Assembly (NCBI GenBank): GCA_963667015.2
Contig: CAXXJJ010000004.1
Span: 1,664,001-1,728,000 of the forward strand
Source: Desulfatiglandales bacterium
GTDB taxonomy: Bacteria; Desulfobacterota; DSM-4660; Desulfatiglandales; HGW-15
Reading direction: 5' to 3'
DNA: 64,000 nucleotides
Position 1 is the stretch's first letter; each line of letters opens with the position of its first letter. A program made the translations under genes and the position numbers. Shown here piece after piece: positions 7,948 through 17,682 of the stretch. Under the pieces are notes generated by a model, which worked only from the letters and a program-made list of their open reading frames with translations, made no database searches and was not told the origin of the DNA.

Positions 7948-10017
7948 CTACTTCTTCTGAATAATCCTCGAGTCAACAACATAGAGATCGGTTTCATAAC
8001 CCTTTACAGGATTGAGATCGATCTCTTCAATCTGCGGAAAGTTATGGACAAGAAGGCTCAGGCGTGCAAGATAGTCTGCCAGGACATCCAGTGAAACGCC
8101 CTTTTGACCTCGTATGCCTTTGAGTATGGGCAGCGTCTTGATCTTCTCTATCATGCTCATGCCTTCCTCTTTACCTAAAGGTGCAAGGGCAAAGCTTACG
8201 TCCTTGAGTGCCTCGGTGTATATACCGCCTAGCCCGAACATGATCAGGTGACCGAACCTGTCTTCCTTTTTGGCACCAAGTATTACCTCGGTGCCTTCAA
8301 TCATCTGCTGGATAAGGACACCCTTTGCATCCTTGATCTTCATGATCTCATCCCAGGCTGCTTCAGCCTTTTCAAGGCTTTGTATACCTACCTTGACACC
8401 ACCGACATCGCTCTTGTGCAGCGGCCCTATAACCTTCATTACAAGGGGATATCCTGCCTTCTCGCATGCAGCAGCAAGATTGGCTCTGTCAAAGACATCT
8501 TCCTGGAAGGGAAGTTTTAATCCAATGGCAGCCATAATCTCCTTTACTGCCTCGGGATCGAGCTGTTCAGGCTGTTCATTCAGAATGGTCTCTATTTTAG
8601 CCCTGTCAAAATCAGCAGGAATTTCCATGGGCTCAGATAAAACTGGTTTGCGGCTTAACCTTCCCAGCGCCTTTCCTACAGGTACTTCATCCGGAAATAT
8701 AACCTTTCCTGCTTCCCTTACCTTTACGAGCATATCCTGGCAGGTGTTGGCCGAACTCATGATAGGTATTACCGGAATGGAGCATGTATCCATACCGTTC
8801 ATTATGGATTGATATAATTTCCAGTTATCCGTAAGACCGGAGTTGCCAACAATGGTAAAGATAACATCAATATTATCTTTCTCAGTCTCATCCAGAACTT
8901 TATAGATTTGCTCCATCTGTTCGGGCGTACGGCTTGGGAGTGTATCTATAGGGTTACCGATAGCCGCTTCAGGAGGAAGAAACTCGGAAAGCCTTTTCTG
9001 TGTTTCATCCCTCAGGATGGGCTGAGAGAGCCCCTGCCTTCCAAGCTCATCGGAGAGCATAACACCTGGGCCGCCTGCATCAGTTACTATACATACCCTG
9101 TAGTCGGCAATAAGTCCTTTAAGCGCCATAAAGGCAGTTGCAATTTCAATCAGATCGGCCTTGCTCTCCACCCTTATTATTCCGGCCTTGTCAAACAGTG
9201 CCTGCACAGCGGTATCAGGAGAGGCCATTGCGCCTGTGTGGCTGGCAGCTGCCCTTTCACCAGCAGCCGTAACACCGGACTTTATACCCACGATAGTGCA
9301 GCCCTTCTTTGTAAGGCTCCTGGCATGCTTTAAAAGCTTAAGTGGCTTTTTTACAGATTCCATATAGGTGAGAATCAGTTTTGAATTCTCAGGACCATAG
9401 TTTTCATCAACAAGCTGGAATATATCCTCGACACCAATCTGTATGGAGTTTCCCATATTTACAACATTGCTGAATGAAAGCCCTCTCATGGTTGCCTGCT
9501 CCATGAGATAATCTACAGTAGCTCCTGAACCGCTGATAATGTCGATCTGGCTCTTCTTGAGCCTTGGAATAATTCCGGCAAACTTTCCCGAATAACATGT
9601 TGTTAAAAATCCGGAACAGTTCGGACCAATAAGGGTCATATCATTTGCTCTTGCTATCTCAAGGAATTTCTCTTCCTCTTCCTTACCCTTCTGATCCTTC
9701 TCACCAAAGCCGGCAGTTAATATGATTACTACTTTTGTTCCTTTTGCTGCAAGCTCTTCAAGACTCCCTCTTACAAAGGGAGCCGGAATTGCAATATATG
9801 CAAGTTCAGGGGCTTCCGGAAGTTCGGCTACGCTTTTAAAGGTAGGGAGTCCCATAATACCCGGAGTCTTGGGGTTTATTGCCCACAGTTCGCCCTTATA
9901 ACCGTTTGATTTGATATTATCAGTAACCCTTCCGCCGGTCTTCAACTTGTCATTGCTTGCACCAATAACAACTATGCTTTTCGGGTTAAAAAGCAGTTCG
10001 TACAAATTTTCTGTCAT
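7948..10017 (-). CDS. ADP-forming acyl-CoA synthetase (acetate-CoA ligase family), fused alpha/beta
   Basis: PKSIVVIGAS CoA-binding start, IGPNC, phospho-His motif AASHTGA, NPIDT, and C-terminal ATP-grasp (GYPLVMK, HKSDVGGV, EIDLNP). Confidence 0.92.
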   Translation of the reverse strand: MTENLYELLFNPKSIVVIGASNDKLKTGGRVTDNIKSNGYKGELWAINPKTPGIMGLPTFKSVAELPEAPELAYIAIPAPFVRGSLEELAAKGTKVVIILTAGFGEKDQKGKEEEEKFLEIARANDMTLIGPNCSGFLTTCYSGKFAGIIPRLKKSQIDIISGSGATVDYLMEQATMRGLSFSNVVNMGNSIQIGVEDIFQLVDENYGPENSKLILTYMESVKKPLKLLKHARSLTKKGCTIVGIKSGVTAAGERAAASHTGAMASPDTAVQALFDKAGIIRVESKADLIEIATAFMALKGLIADYRVCIVTDAGGPGVMLSDELGRQGLSQPILRDETQKRLSEFLPPEAAIGNPIDTLPSRTPEQMEQIYKVLDETEKDNIDVIFTIVGNSGLTDNWKLYQSIMNGMDTCSIPVIPIMSSANTCQDMLVKVREAGKVIFPDEVPVGKALGRLSRKPVLSEPMEIPADFDRAKIETILNEQPEQLDPEAVKEIMAAIGLKLPFQEDVFDRANLAAACEKAGYPLVMKVIGPLHKSDVGGVKVGIQSLEKAEAAWDEIMKIKDAKGVLIQQMIEGTEVILGAKKEDRFGHLIMFGLGGIYTEALKDVSFALAPLGKEEGMSMIEKIKTLPILKGIRGQKGVSLDVLADYLARLSLLVHNFPQIEEIDLNPVKGYETDLYVVDSRIIQKK

Positions 10018-12512
10018 ACCATTTCCCTTCCTGCCATAAATGCGGCGTAGTTACCAGCCCAGATAGCAGGTTTGGGACTGACATTCTTTACAGCCTGGAG
10101 CCAGAGCACCGTCGGTATCGTATCAAAGGGAGGAAGCTTGCTCAATGCACCTATCATAACAACATTGGCAATTCTTCCGGTACTGTCACCTATCTCAATT
10201 GCCTTTGCAAGGATATCGACTTCTACAACTTTAAAACCTTCAACTGCCTTTTCAATATCTTCCGGTGTGGGATATTCCTCAGCCGTGATAACAGGAGGTA
10301 TTACCTTTGTTTTTGATATAAGGACGGTAGCGCCTTCTCTGAGCAGTTCCAGATAGCCGGGTCTAAGGAGTTCACTTACTTCCATGGTTATCAGGCAGTC
10401 TGCACTTCTGGGAAACAATACCGGGCTGTGAACCTTACCACATGAAAAAGTACTTATAACAGGCCCACCCATCTGTGCCATACCATGGGTCTCACCCTTT
10501 ACGATATTTTTGTTTGAATAACCTGCGATGAATGCAAGCTGGGTCAGGACCTTACCGAAGAACAGGTTACCCTGACCGCCGACGCCCCTGATAGCCAGCG
10601 TAAGTCTCTCAGGAAAATCAGCATTGTTAATTTCGGGCAGTACCAGCTCAGGCGGTTCAGCAAAGCTTGCTGCGACTGCAGTCTTCTTATCACTCTCATC
10701 CAGGAATTCAATCGCATCAAATGGGCACATCTGGAGACATGCAGGATTTTCACCGGCACAGCCTGAACAGAGGTTGTTATAAAGTGGAAATTCATCCTCA
10801 CCCTTTTCAATGCCTGAACACATAAGGCATGTATAACACTTTTCACATTTTTCCTTGTTGATTTTAAGTCGGATTCCCTTGCTTTTTGGAGGCTGTTTCT
10901 TGACACAGCAGCCCCTTACAACAACCACAACAAACTCGTTGTTCTCTGCGATAGAGAGGGCCTCTTTCATGGTTTTCTGGATCTCTTTTTTATCATAGGA
11001 GCTTGCAACAAGGACCCTGCAGCCATTTCCTTCCAGGGCCTTTACAAGATCAAAATCAAGGGCATCACCCGCGAGGTTTACCGGTGAACTTGGAGAAGGC
11101 TGTCCGCCTGTCATTGCAGTCCAATAATTATCAAGGACTACCTTAACACCGGGGACCTTCCTGAATACCGCGTTACGTGTTGCATCCATACCAGAATGAC
11201 ATTCGGTTCCATCACCGATTATGCTGATGCATTTCGCAGCCTTGTCAGGCCTTGCAATAACAAATCCCTGTCTCTGGCTGTCACTTGCCCCCATTGCCAG
11301 ACCGGTCTCAAGGGCATCCATAAAATAGAGGAGAGCGTTACATCCAATATCACCAAAAATAGCCTCTATTTTGCCCCGTTTTTTCAACTTGGAGATAACG
11401 CCTGCAAAAAGAGTGTACGGGCATCCTGCACAGATCATGGGCGGTCTTGGAACCGGTTTGATCTTGGCCTCCGTATGCTCTATATCATAACCCATTTTTT
11501 CGGCGATAAGAGTCGGTGACCATTCTGTGATCTTTGAATATTTTTCCTTACCTATAACCTTCATACCCTCTCTTTCCATTGCTTCCTGAAGGTACATATA
11601 CCCATCTTCAATCACATATACATCACCATCGATTGAATCATAAAAATCTTTTATCCTTTTCATGGGAAGAGGATTAGTCATGGGAAGAGAAAGAATATCC
11701 ATATCCACATTATAGAAATCCCGGACTTCTTTAACATAGGCGGTATTAACGCCGTATGTAATAACGCCTCTTTTGCCACCGGCCTTTGCCCATTCAATAA
11801 GCGGTGATTTTTCGACCAGTTCTTCAAGACCGGGCATTCTTTCATCCATAACAGCATCATAATTCGCCCTTGCCATGGTTGGAAGGAGATTAAATCTTGC
11901 CAGATCTTCAGGAATATCCATCAACTCTCTTTTCTGGATATCGTTCAGCCTGACAAGACCTTCACTATGGCAGAGTCCGCCGCTTGCAAGGATTACAACA
12001 GGTGTTTTAAATGTCCTGCCTATCTCCGCTGCCAGTCCTGGAGCGTCCATCATCTCCTGATGGGTTCTGGGCTCAATTACCGGGACCATACAGCTTTTGA
12101 ACAGATACCTTGGATCAATTACATGCTGAGTTGAACTCGGTGTAAAATCACTGGCAATATAATATATCAGGGCACCACGTTTATCATGAAAAAAAGATGC
12201 ACTGGTAAATATATCTCCGGCCTGAAATAAACCGGGAATCTTCATTGTAACAACAACATCCGCGCCGGCCAGCGTGTGACCAAAACCGACGCCTGCAGCA
12301 ACGGCCTCATTTACAGACCATCCAACATTTATCATATCCTGAACCTGGCTTAAACCCCTGTCTATGACTTCTGTACTTGGGGTACCAGGATATCCGTCAG
12401 CACTATGAATGCCTGACCTTACACAGCCGACTGCAAAGGCAATGTTTCCCTGCAGCACAAGTTCTTTTCCGGCTTCATCAGTGCACATATTTTTTATATC
12501 ATTAGCGCTCAT
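10014..12512 (-). CDS. Indolepyruvate:ferredoxin oxidoreductase, alpha + ferredoxin + beta fused in one chain
   Basis: GYPGTPSTE, WSVNEAVA, RPPMICAGCP, GDIGC, TPP motif GDG...DN, Cys-rich ferredoxin segment, beta-type GVGGQG and HGMAQMGG. Start set to ATG 12512 (GGGAGG RBS) rather than 12575. Confidence 0.9.
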   Translation of the reverse strand: MSANDIKNMCTDEAGKELVLQGNIAFAVGCVRSGIHSADGYPGTPSTEVIDRGLSQVQDMINVGWSVNEAVAAGVGFGHTLAGADVVVTMKIPGLFQAGDIFTSASFFHDKRGALIYYIASDFTPSSTQHVIDPRYLFKSCMVPVIEPRTHQEMMDAPGLAAEIGRTFKTPVVILASGGLCHSEGLVRLNDIQKRELMDIPEDLARFNLLPTMARANYDAVMDERMPGLEELVEKSPLIEWAKAGGKRGVITYGVNTAYVKEVRDFYNVDMDILSLPMTNPLPMKRIKDFYDSIDGDVYVIEDGYMYLQEAMEREGMKVIGKEKYSKITEWSPTLIAEKMGYDIEHTEAKIKPVPRPPMICAGCPYTLFAGVISKLKKRGKIEAIFGDIGCNALLYFMDALETGLAMGASDSQRQGFVIARPDKAAKCISIIGDGTECHSGMDATRNAVFRKVPGVKVVLDNYWTAMTGGQPSPSSPVNLAGDALDFDLVKALEGNGCRVLVASSYDKKEIQKTMKEALSIAENNEFVVVVVRGCCVKKQPPKSKGIRLKINKEKCEKCYTCLMCSGIEKGEDEFPLYNNLCSGCAGENPACLQMCPFDAIEFLDESDKKTAVAASFAEPPELVLPEINNADFPERLTLAIRGVGGQGNLFFGKVLTQLAFIAGYSNKNIVKGETHGMAQMGGPVISTFSCGKVHSPVLFPRSADCLITMEVSELLRPGYLELLREGATVLISKTKVIPPVITAEEYPTPEDIEKAVEGFKVVEVDILAKAIEIGDSTGRIANVVMIGALSKLPPFDTIPTVLWLQAVKNVSPKPAIWAGNYAAFMAGREMV

Positions 12513-12707
12513 ACTTACATCCTCCCTGGGTATTAAACTTATTTCATATGGTAAAATAATATCTATAATTAGCAATTATTTTACCAGTTGTGGTAATGCG
12601 GTAAGATTGCATAAAGACTCAGAATAATAACGGCCATCGGCTTATTAGTCAAGAAATTATACATTTTATAGGCCTAAAACCTCATTATTTCCAGGGGAAT
12701 ATAAATA

Positions 12708-12738
12708 TTGACTGAGCATTGGTTACGTGGTATTACCA
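12708..12738 (+). promoter_or_regulatory. Sigma70 promoter with overlapping FadR-subfamily operator
   Basis: TTGACT-17 nt-TATTAC. Palindrome TGGTATTACCA (12728-12738) matches the TGGT-N3-ACCA pattern of FadR-subfamily GntR sites. More TGGTAA half-sites lie near 12549-12597. Confidence 0.55.
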
Positions 12739-12770
12739 ATTTTATATCAGTTCAAATATACAGGGGAAAC

Positions 12771-13475
12771 ATGTTTAAACCAATCAAATCAGTTAAAATA
12801 TCCGACAGGGTCTATGAGCAGTTGAGAGACATGATCTATAGAGGCGAACTCAGGGCAGGTGAAAAACTTATGTCTGAGAGAGACATGGCCCATGCCTTTA
12901 ATGTTGGAAGACCCACCGTAAGGGAAGCCATTCAAAAACTTACCGAACAGGGACTTATTGAAAGCCGTCGAGGGGTCGGAACATTTGTACTTGGTGAAGA
13001 GACCAGAAAAAACAAAAAACCTCTCCTGCAGCTTCTAAACGGTCAGGATTTCACTATTGTAGACCTTCTGGAAGTGAGGCTTGTCCTGGAATCAAACAGC
13101 GCCTCTCTTGCCGCAAAAAGGGCGACAGACCAGGATATAAAAATTATAGAACAGAGCCTCAACAGGCTTCTTGATACGAGACACAGCCCTGAAAGAGACC
13201 TCGATGATGAACTCAGCTTTCATATGAATATTGCCTATGCAACCAAAAATATAGTTCAGGTTCACCTTATGAAGAGTTTTTATGATGTTTTATATTACGG
13301 GATGAACCTGGCCTTTCCCACGCTTATAAAAGACGAAAAGCTTGATGAACTTACCTTTGACCAGCATATTACTATTTTCAAGGCGATCGAAAACCGTGAT
13401 CCAGTACTCGCAGGGGATACCATGGAAAGCCACATAAGAATACTTCTGGAAATGTGCATCCAGAAGGGGCTATAG
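12771..13475 (+). CDS. GntR/FadR-family transcriptional regulator
   Basis: wHTH KLMSERDMAHAFNVGRPTVREAI, RRGVGTFV; FCD domain FHMNIAYATKN, QH..I..AI. Start ATG 12771 after GGGG RBS. Confidence 0.92.
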   Translation: MFKPIKSVKISDRVYEQLRDMIYRGELRAGEKLMSERDMAHAFNVGRPTVREAIQKLTEQGLIESRRGVGTFVLGEETRKNKKPLLQLLNGQDFTIVDLLEVRLVLESNSASLAAKRATDQDIKIIEQSLNRLLDTRHSPERDLDDELSFHMNIAYATKNIVQVHLMKSFYDVLYYGMNLAFPTLIKDEKLDELTFDQHITIFKAIENRDPVLAGDTMESHIRILLEMCIQKGL

Positions 13476-13613
13476 AATGAGGGACTCCTGCACCGGTTTG
13501 GACCATAAAAATCATAATCCTTAATAAAATGTTTTTTCTCACCAATATTATCGGGGAATTGTTCAAACCCATAAATTATTTGACAATTATCAGCTCAGTC
13601 ATTATCCTAGCAA

Positions 13614-13680
13614 AACAGTATGAATTTTCATTTTCCTCCAGTAAATATCATACTGAAAAGATCTAGTCCGGATCTATTCT
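13614..13680 (+). ncRNA. Possible small RNA with an anti-Shine-Dalgarno loop
   Basis: TTGACA-17 nt-TATCCT promoter (13580-13608), hairpin CAGUAUGA/UCAUACUG with loop AUUUUCCUCCA, then a second short hairpin. Confidence 0.25.
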
Positions 13681-13793
13681 TAAAAAATACTGCAGGATTT
13701 GCTTTGAAAATATAGCAACAATAAATTATATTAACTATCTATTATTAATTAAATTCATTTTGCTAATTTTAATTCAATTAAGGAGAGTTTAAA

Positions 13794-15005
13794 ATGTTAT
13801 ACAGAAAAATCGGCAAAACAGATTGTGAGGCATCGGTACTTAGTCTGGGTTGCATGAGATTACCTATGCTTGAACAAAAGAACCCTCCAAAAGATTTTAT
13901 CGAAAGACAAAGGGCAGTTGATGAGGAAAAATCACTTGAATTGATTGAATATGCCATAAATAACGGCATCAACTATTTAGACACGGCCTATATGTATCAT
14001 GCGGGAAACAGCGAACTGATACTCGGGAAAGCAATTAAAGGCAAACGAGATAAGCTTCTCATTACTACAAAATCACCGGTCATGATTATCCAGAAATATG
14101 AAGATTTTGACCGCATACTGGATGAACAGCTTGAAAAGCTTGGAACAGACCACCTTGATTTTTACCTCCTTCACGGGCTGAACAAAGGCACATGGGAAAA
14201 GGCAAAAAGCCTTAATGTAGGAGAGTTCCTTGACAGGATACAAAAAGACGGGCGATCAAGGTATGTGGGTTTTTCCTTTCATGATAAAACAGATGTATTC
14301 AAGGATATAATTGACTTTTATGACTGGGATGTATGCCAGATACAGTATAATTATTTTGATGAAAATTATCAGGCAGGAAAAGAAGGCCTTAAATATGCGG
14401 CATCAAAGGATATAGGGATTATCATAATGGAACCCTTAAGGGGCGGAAGGTTTACACAGAGAATACCCGATGGGGTTCAAAAAATATGGGATTCTGCAGA
14501 AGTAAAACGCAGCCCTGCAGAATGGGGACTCAGATGGGTTGCAAATCACCCCGAGGTTTCAGTTATCCTTAGCGGAATGTCATCAATGGAACAACTTAAG
14601 GAAAATATCAGAATAGCTGATGACTTTGAACCGAACAGCCTTACCCCGAATGAGCTGGAAATAATACATAAGGCGGCTGATGCCTACAGGGAACTCATGA
14701 AGGTTGACTGTACAGGATGCAGCTACTGCATGCCCTGCCCCAACGGCGTTAACATACCGATGATTTTTTCGGTATATAATGATTTATTCATGTTCAATGA
14801 TGAGATGCCCACCATAACGTACAATACATTAATTGGCTCATCCCAGAATGCCCTGAATTGTATAGAATGCGGGGAATGTGAGGAAAAATGTCCCCAGGGC
14901 ATTAACATCATTGATAGTTTAAAGGCTGCTCATGAGGAGCTTTATGATAAGGAATGGGAATCAGGTCCTGGTGGCCCCCCAAAACAAACCGATGAGGAAA
15001 AGTAG
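13794..15005 (+). CDS. Aldo/keto reductase with C-terminal 4Fe-4S dicluster domain
   Basis: LSLGCMRLP, NYLDTAYMY, GFSFH, QIQYNY, MEPLRGG; CTGCSYCMPCP and CIECGECEEKCP. Confidence 0.92.
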   Translation: MLYRKIGKTDCEASVLSLGCMRLPMLEQKNPPKDFIERQRAVDEEKSLELIEYAINNGINYLDTAYMYHAGNSELILGKAIKGKRDKLLITTKSPVMIIQKYEDFDRILDEQLEKLGTDHLDFYLLHGLNKGTWEKAKSLNVGEFLDRIQKDGRSRYVGFSFHDKTDVFKDIIDFYDWDVCQIQYNYFDENYQAGKEGLKYAASKDIGIIIMEPLRGGRFTQRIPDGVQKIWDSAEVKRSPAEWGLRWVANHPEVSVILSGMSSMEQLKENIRIADDFEPNSLTPNELEIIHKAADAYRELMKVDCTGCSYCMPCPNGVNIPMIFSVYNDLFMFNDEMPTITYNTLIGSSQNALNCIECGECEEKCPQGINIIDSLKAAHEELYDKEWESGPGGPPKQTDEEK

Positions 15006-15036
15006 AAAACTATTTTATTTAAGGAGGCTTGTTGAT

Positions 15037-15627
15037 ATGGAAAGACGTGATTTTATTAAGGCCGGTGTTCTTGGACTGGGAGCAATGGCAATAGCAGACA
15101 GGAGCATGGCACTGGAGTATTACCCTACAAAGTCCGACAAAAAATGGGCGGTAATCTACAGCACATGGTGCGGCTCAAGCCGCGATGCAGGAGTATGGAT
15201 TTCTGAAGGCATGGGCGGAATTGCTGACGTATTTGATGTACGTGAAAATCCTGATCCATCCAAATATGAAAATATAGTAATTGGCGGTTCAATCAGGTCC
15301 AATAAGGTATCAAAGGAAATGGAAGATTTCCTGGCAAAAAATAAAGATGTTCTGAAAAATAAAATCAGAGGACTCTTCTGTGTACAGGGAAACATGAAAA
15401 ACCCCACAGGCCCTGAAAATGTAAAACAGCTTATAGACGGTTACCTGTCAAAGCTTACCGGTGTTACCGGTGTACCCGGGAAAAGCTTTAATGGAAGGAT
15501 TACGTTGAGCCTTTTAGAGCCGGAAAATAAAAAAATGATGGAACAGATGAAGATGGATGATTATGACTTTATGAAAAGAGGAGATTTTCTGGATTTCGGA
15601 AAGACAATCCTTGCTTCTGTAAAGTAA
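15037..15627 (+). CDS. Tat-exported flavodoxin-like protein (Flavodoxin_5/HemG-like)
   Basis: Twin-arginine signal MERRDFIKAG after AAGGAGG RBS; FMN loop VIYSTWCGSSR; IVIGGSIR. Confidence 0.78.
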   Translation: MERRDFIKAGVLGLGAMAIADRSMALEYYPTKSDKKWAVIYSTWCGSSRDAGVWISEGMGGIADVFDVRENPDPSKYENIVIGGSIRSNKVSKEMEDFLAKNKDVLKNKIRGLFCVQGNMKNPTGPENVKQLIDGYLSKLTGVTGVPGKSFNGRITLSLLEPENKKMMEQMKMDDYDFMKRGDFLDFGKTILASVK

Positions 15628-15667
15628 TAATTACCACCTGAATTATCTTTACATATTCACGCATTTT

Positions 15668-15702
15668 TAAAGGGGCGATAAATTTTTCGCCCCTTTATTT
15701 TT
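15668..15702. terminator. Bidirectional rho-independent terminator
   Basis: TAAAGGGGCGA/TCGCCCCTTTA stem with a T-rich tail on the + strand, between convergent genes. Confidence 0.8.
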
Positions 15703-15735
15703 ATCTTCTATATTCAGATGGCCCTTTCGAAAATA

Positions 15736-17331
15736 TCACAACCTTTTTCTGATTAATCCTGTAAAGGCATTAAGCTCTCTGCAGCGAAGCAAAAAGGCAG
15801 CCAGCAGATAAATAATAACCCCTGAAATAACAAGAACAACTACCTGAATCATGAGGTTAAAGGCCCCCTGATCAGGATTATCCGGAAAAAAAAGAAATTT
15901 AAGGTAGTAAATTCCTGCCCCCATAATAATTCCTGATAAAATTACCCTGGCGAGAGATATAACAATTGGGGTTAATTTCCAGGATGAAATCTTTTTCTTA
16001 AGCAGAAAGACAAGTAAAATAAAGTTAATAGTAGATGATAGAGAAAGGGCAAGGGCAAGACCGCCATGTTTTAAAGGTCCCATAAGAATCATTCCCAGAA
16101 AAAGATATGACAGGAATGTAATAACAGATACCTTTACCGGGGTTAAGGTGTCCTGAAGTGCATAAAAGGCAGACACAACAATCTTGACTCCTGAAAAGGC
16201 CCATAGACCAAGCGCATAATACATCAATGCAATTGCAGTCATATCTCTTGAAAAGGCATCAAAGGCGCCTCTCTGAAAGAAAAGCTGAATTATGGGCTTC
16301 CCTAGAACAATCAGGCCTATAAGTGCCGGAACGGTTATAAAAAATGTTATCTTGAGGGCATGATTAATGGTATCGATAAATGCACTCTCTTCCTTTTCCA
16401 CGGCCTGCCTTGAAAGAGAGGGAAGTGCTGCTGTACTTATTGCAATGGCAAATACGCCAAGAGGCAGCTCAACAAGTCTGTCCGAATAATACAGCCAGGA
16501 AATGCTGCCGCCTGGGAGAAATGACGCCAGAAGAGTTGCTGTAAGCTGGTTTAACTGGTAGATAGCTGAACCGAAAAGGGCAGGAAGAACAAGCAGGCCT
16601 ATTCTTTTCACGGCAGGATGACCAGGCTGCCACATAGGCATAAGCGAAAGCCCTTTTTTAAAGACCACAGGCAACTGCAGCAAAACCTGGAGTACACCTC
16701 CTGCCAATACGCCGGCAGCAGTCGCAATTACGGGTTCCGAAAGGTGGGGGGCCACAAGAAGGGTTGCCCCGATAATACCCAGATTTAAAAAAATCGGAGC
16801 GGCGGCAGGAGCAGCAAAATGCTTAAGGCTATTGAGCACGCCCATAAAAAAGGCGACCAGGCTTACAAGGAATATATAGGGAAAGGTGATCCTGGTAAGA
16901 AGCACTGTGAGTTCATATTTAGGGCCTTCTGCTCCGAATCCGTTGGCAATAAGCCTGACAATCCAGGGCGAAAGCAGGATTCCGGCCACTGTTATCAGGG
17001 CAAGCAGAAGAGATAACAGTGTAAGGATAATTCTGGCGAGTTCAAATGCCTCTTTTTTCGACTTCTTCTGTAAATACTCGGTAAAAACAGGGATAAAGGC
17101 AATAGTCATGCTCCCTTCGGCTGTAAAACGCCGAAGCATATTGGGTATTTTAAATGCCACAACAAATGCATCAGCTGATATGGTTGCCCCAAAAAAGGAT
17201 GCTATCACCATATCCCTGACAAGACCTAATACCCTGCTTATCATGGTAAAAAAGGAAACAACACCTGCAGCCCTGCCCATGTTCCGTTTTTCTTTATTTG
17301 TTGTTTTTTCGTTAGAATCATTCATAATCAT
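15736..17331 (-). CDS. murJ: Lipid II flippase MurJ
   Basis: SRVLGLVRD, DAFVVAFKIPNMLRR, AEGS, YYSDRLVELPLGVF. Start may be 17325. Confidence 0.95.
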   Translation of the reverse strand: MIMNDSNEKTTNKEKRNMGRAAGVVSFFTMISRVLGLVRDMVIASFFGATISADAFVVAFKIPNMLRRFTAEGSMTIAFIPVFTEYLQKKSKKEAFELARIILTLLSLLLALITVAGILLSPWIVRLIANGFGAEGPKYELTVLLTRITFPYIFLVSLVAFFMGVLNSLKHFAAPAAAPIFLNLGIIGATLLVAPHLSEPVIATAAGVLAGGVLQVLLQLPVVFKKGLSLMPMWQPGHPAVKRIGLLVLPALFGSAIYQLNQLTATLLASFLPGGSISWLYYSDRLVELPLGVFAIAISTAALPSLSRQAVEKEESAFIDTINHALKITFFITVPALIGLIVLGKPIIQLFFQRGAFDAFSRDMTAIALMYYALGLWAFSGVKIVVSAFYALQDTLTPVKVSVITFLSYLFLGMILMGPLKHGGLALALSLSSTINFILLVFLLKKKISSWKLTPIVISLARVILSGIIMGAGIYYLKFLFFPDNPDQGAFNLMIQVVVLVISGVIIYLLAAFLLRCRELNAFTGLIRKRL

Positions 17332-17408
17332 TTTTTATCTTGACAGTATTGTTCTATTCATTTATTAAGGATCGTTTAATAATCATATAAAAAACAGGAG
17401 TAAATAAT

Positions 17409-17678
17409 TTGGCAAATCATAAATCAGCTCTTAAAAGGGCAAGACAGAGTGAAGTAAGAAGACTCAGGAATATGAGTTATAAAACTCGTTCTAAAAATAT
17501 TGTAAAGGAAGTTAGGGCAGCAGTTACTGAAAGCGATAAGGAACAGGCCATTGAAAAGCTGAAAAAAGCAACTGCTATTATTCAGAAAAGTGCATCTAAA
17601 GGTGTATTTCATAAGAAAACAGCTTCCCGAAAGATATCCCGTCTTGCACGCCAGATTAACCAGATTGCGGCATCCTGA
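17409..17678 (+). CDS. rpsT: 30S ribosomal protein S20
   Basis: ANHKSALKRARQ, KGVFHKKTASRKISRL; TTG start with AGGAG RBS. Confidence 0.97.
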   Translation: MANHKSALKRARQSEVRRLRNMSYKTRSKNIVKEVRAAVTESDKEQAIEKLKKATAIIQKSASKGVFHKKTASRKISRLARQINQIAAS

Positions 17679-17682
17679 TAAA

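Noticed and set aside
13620..13715. 31-codon ORF MNFHFPPV... in the intergenic region
   Set aside because: No RBS or recognisable features, and it overlaps the predicted reductase promoter.
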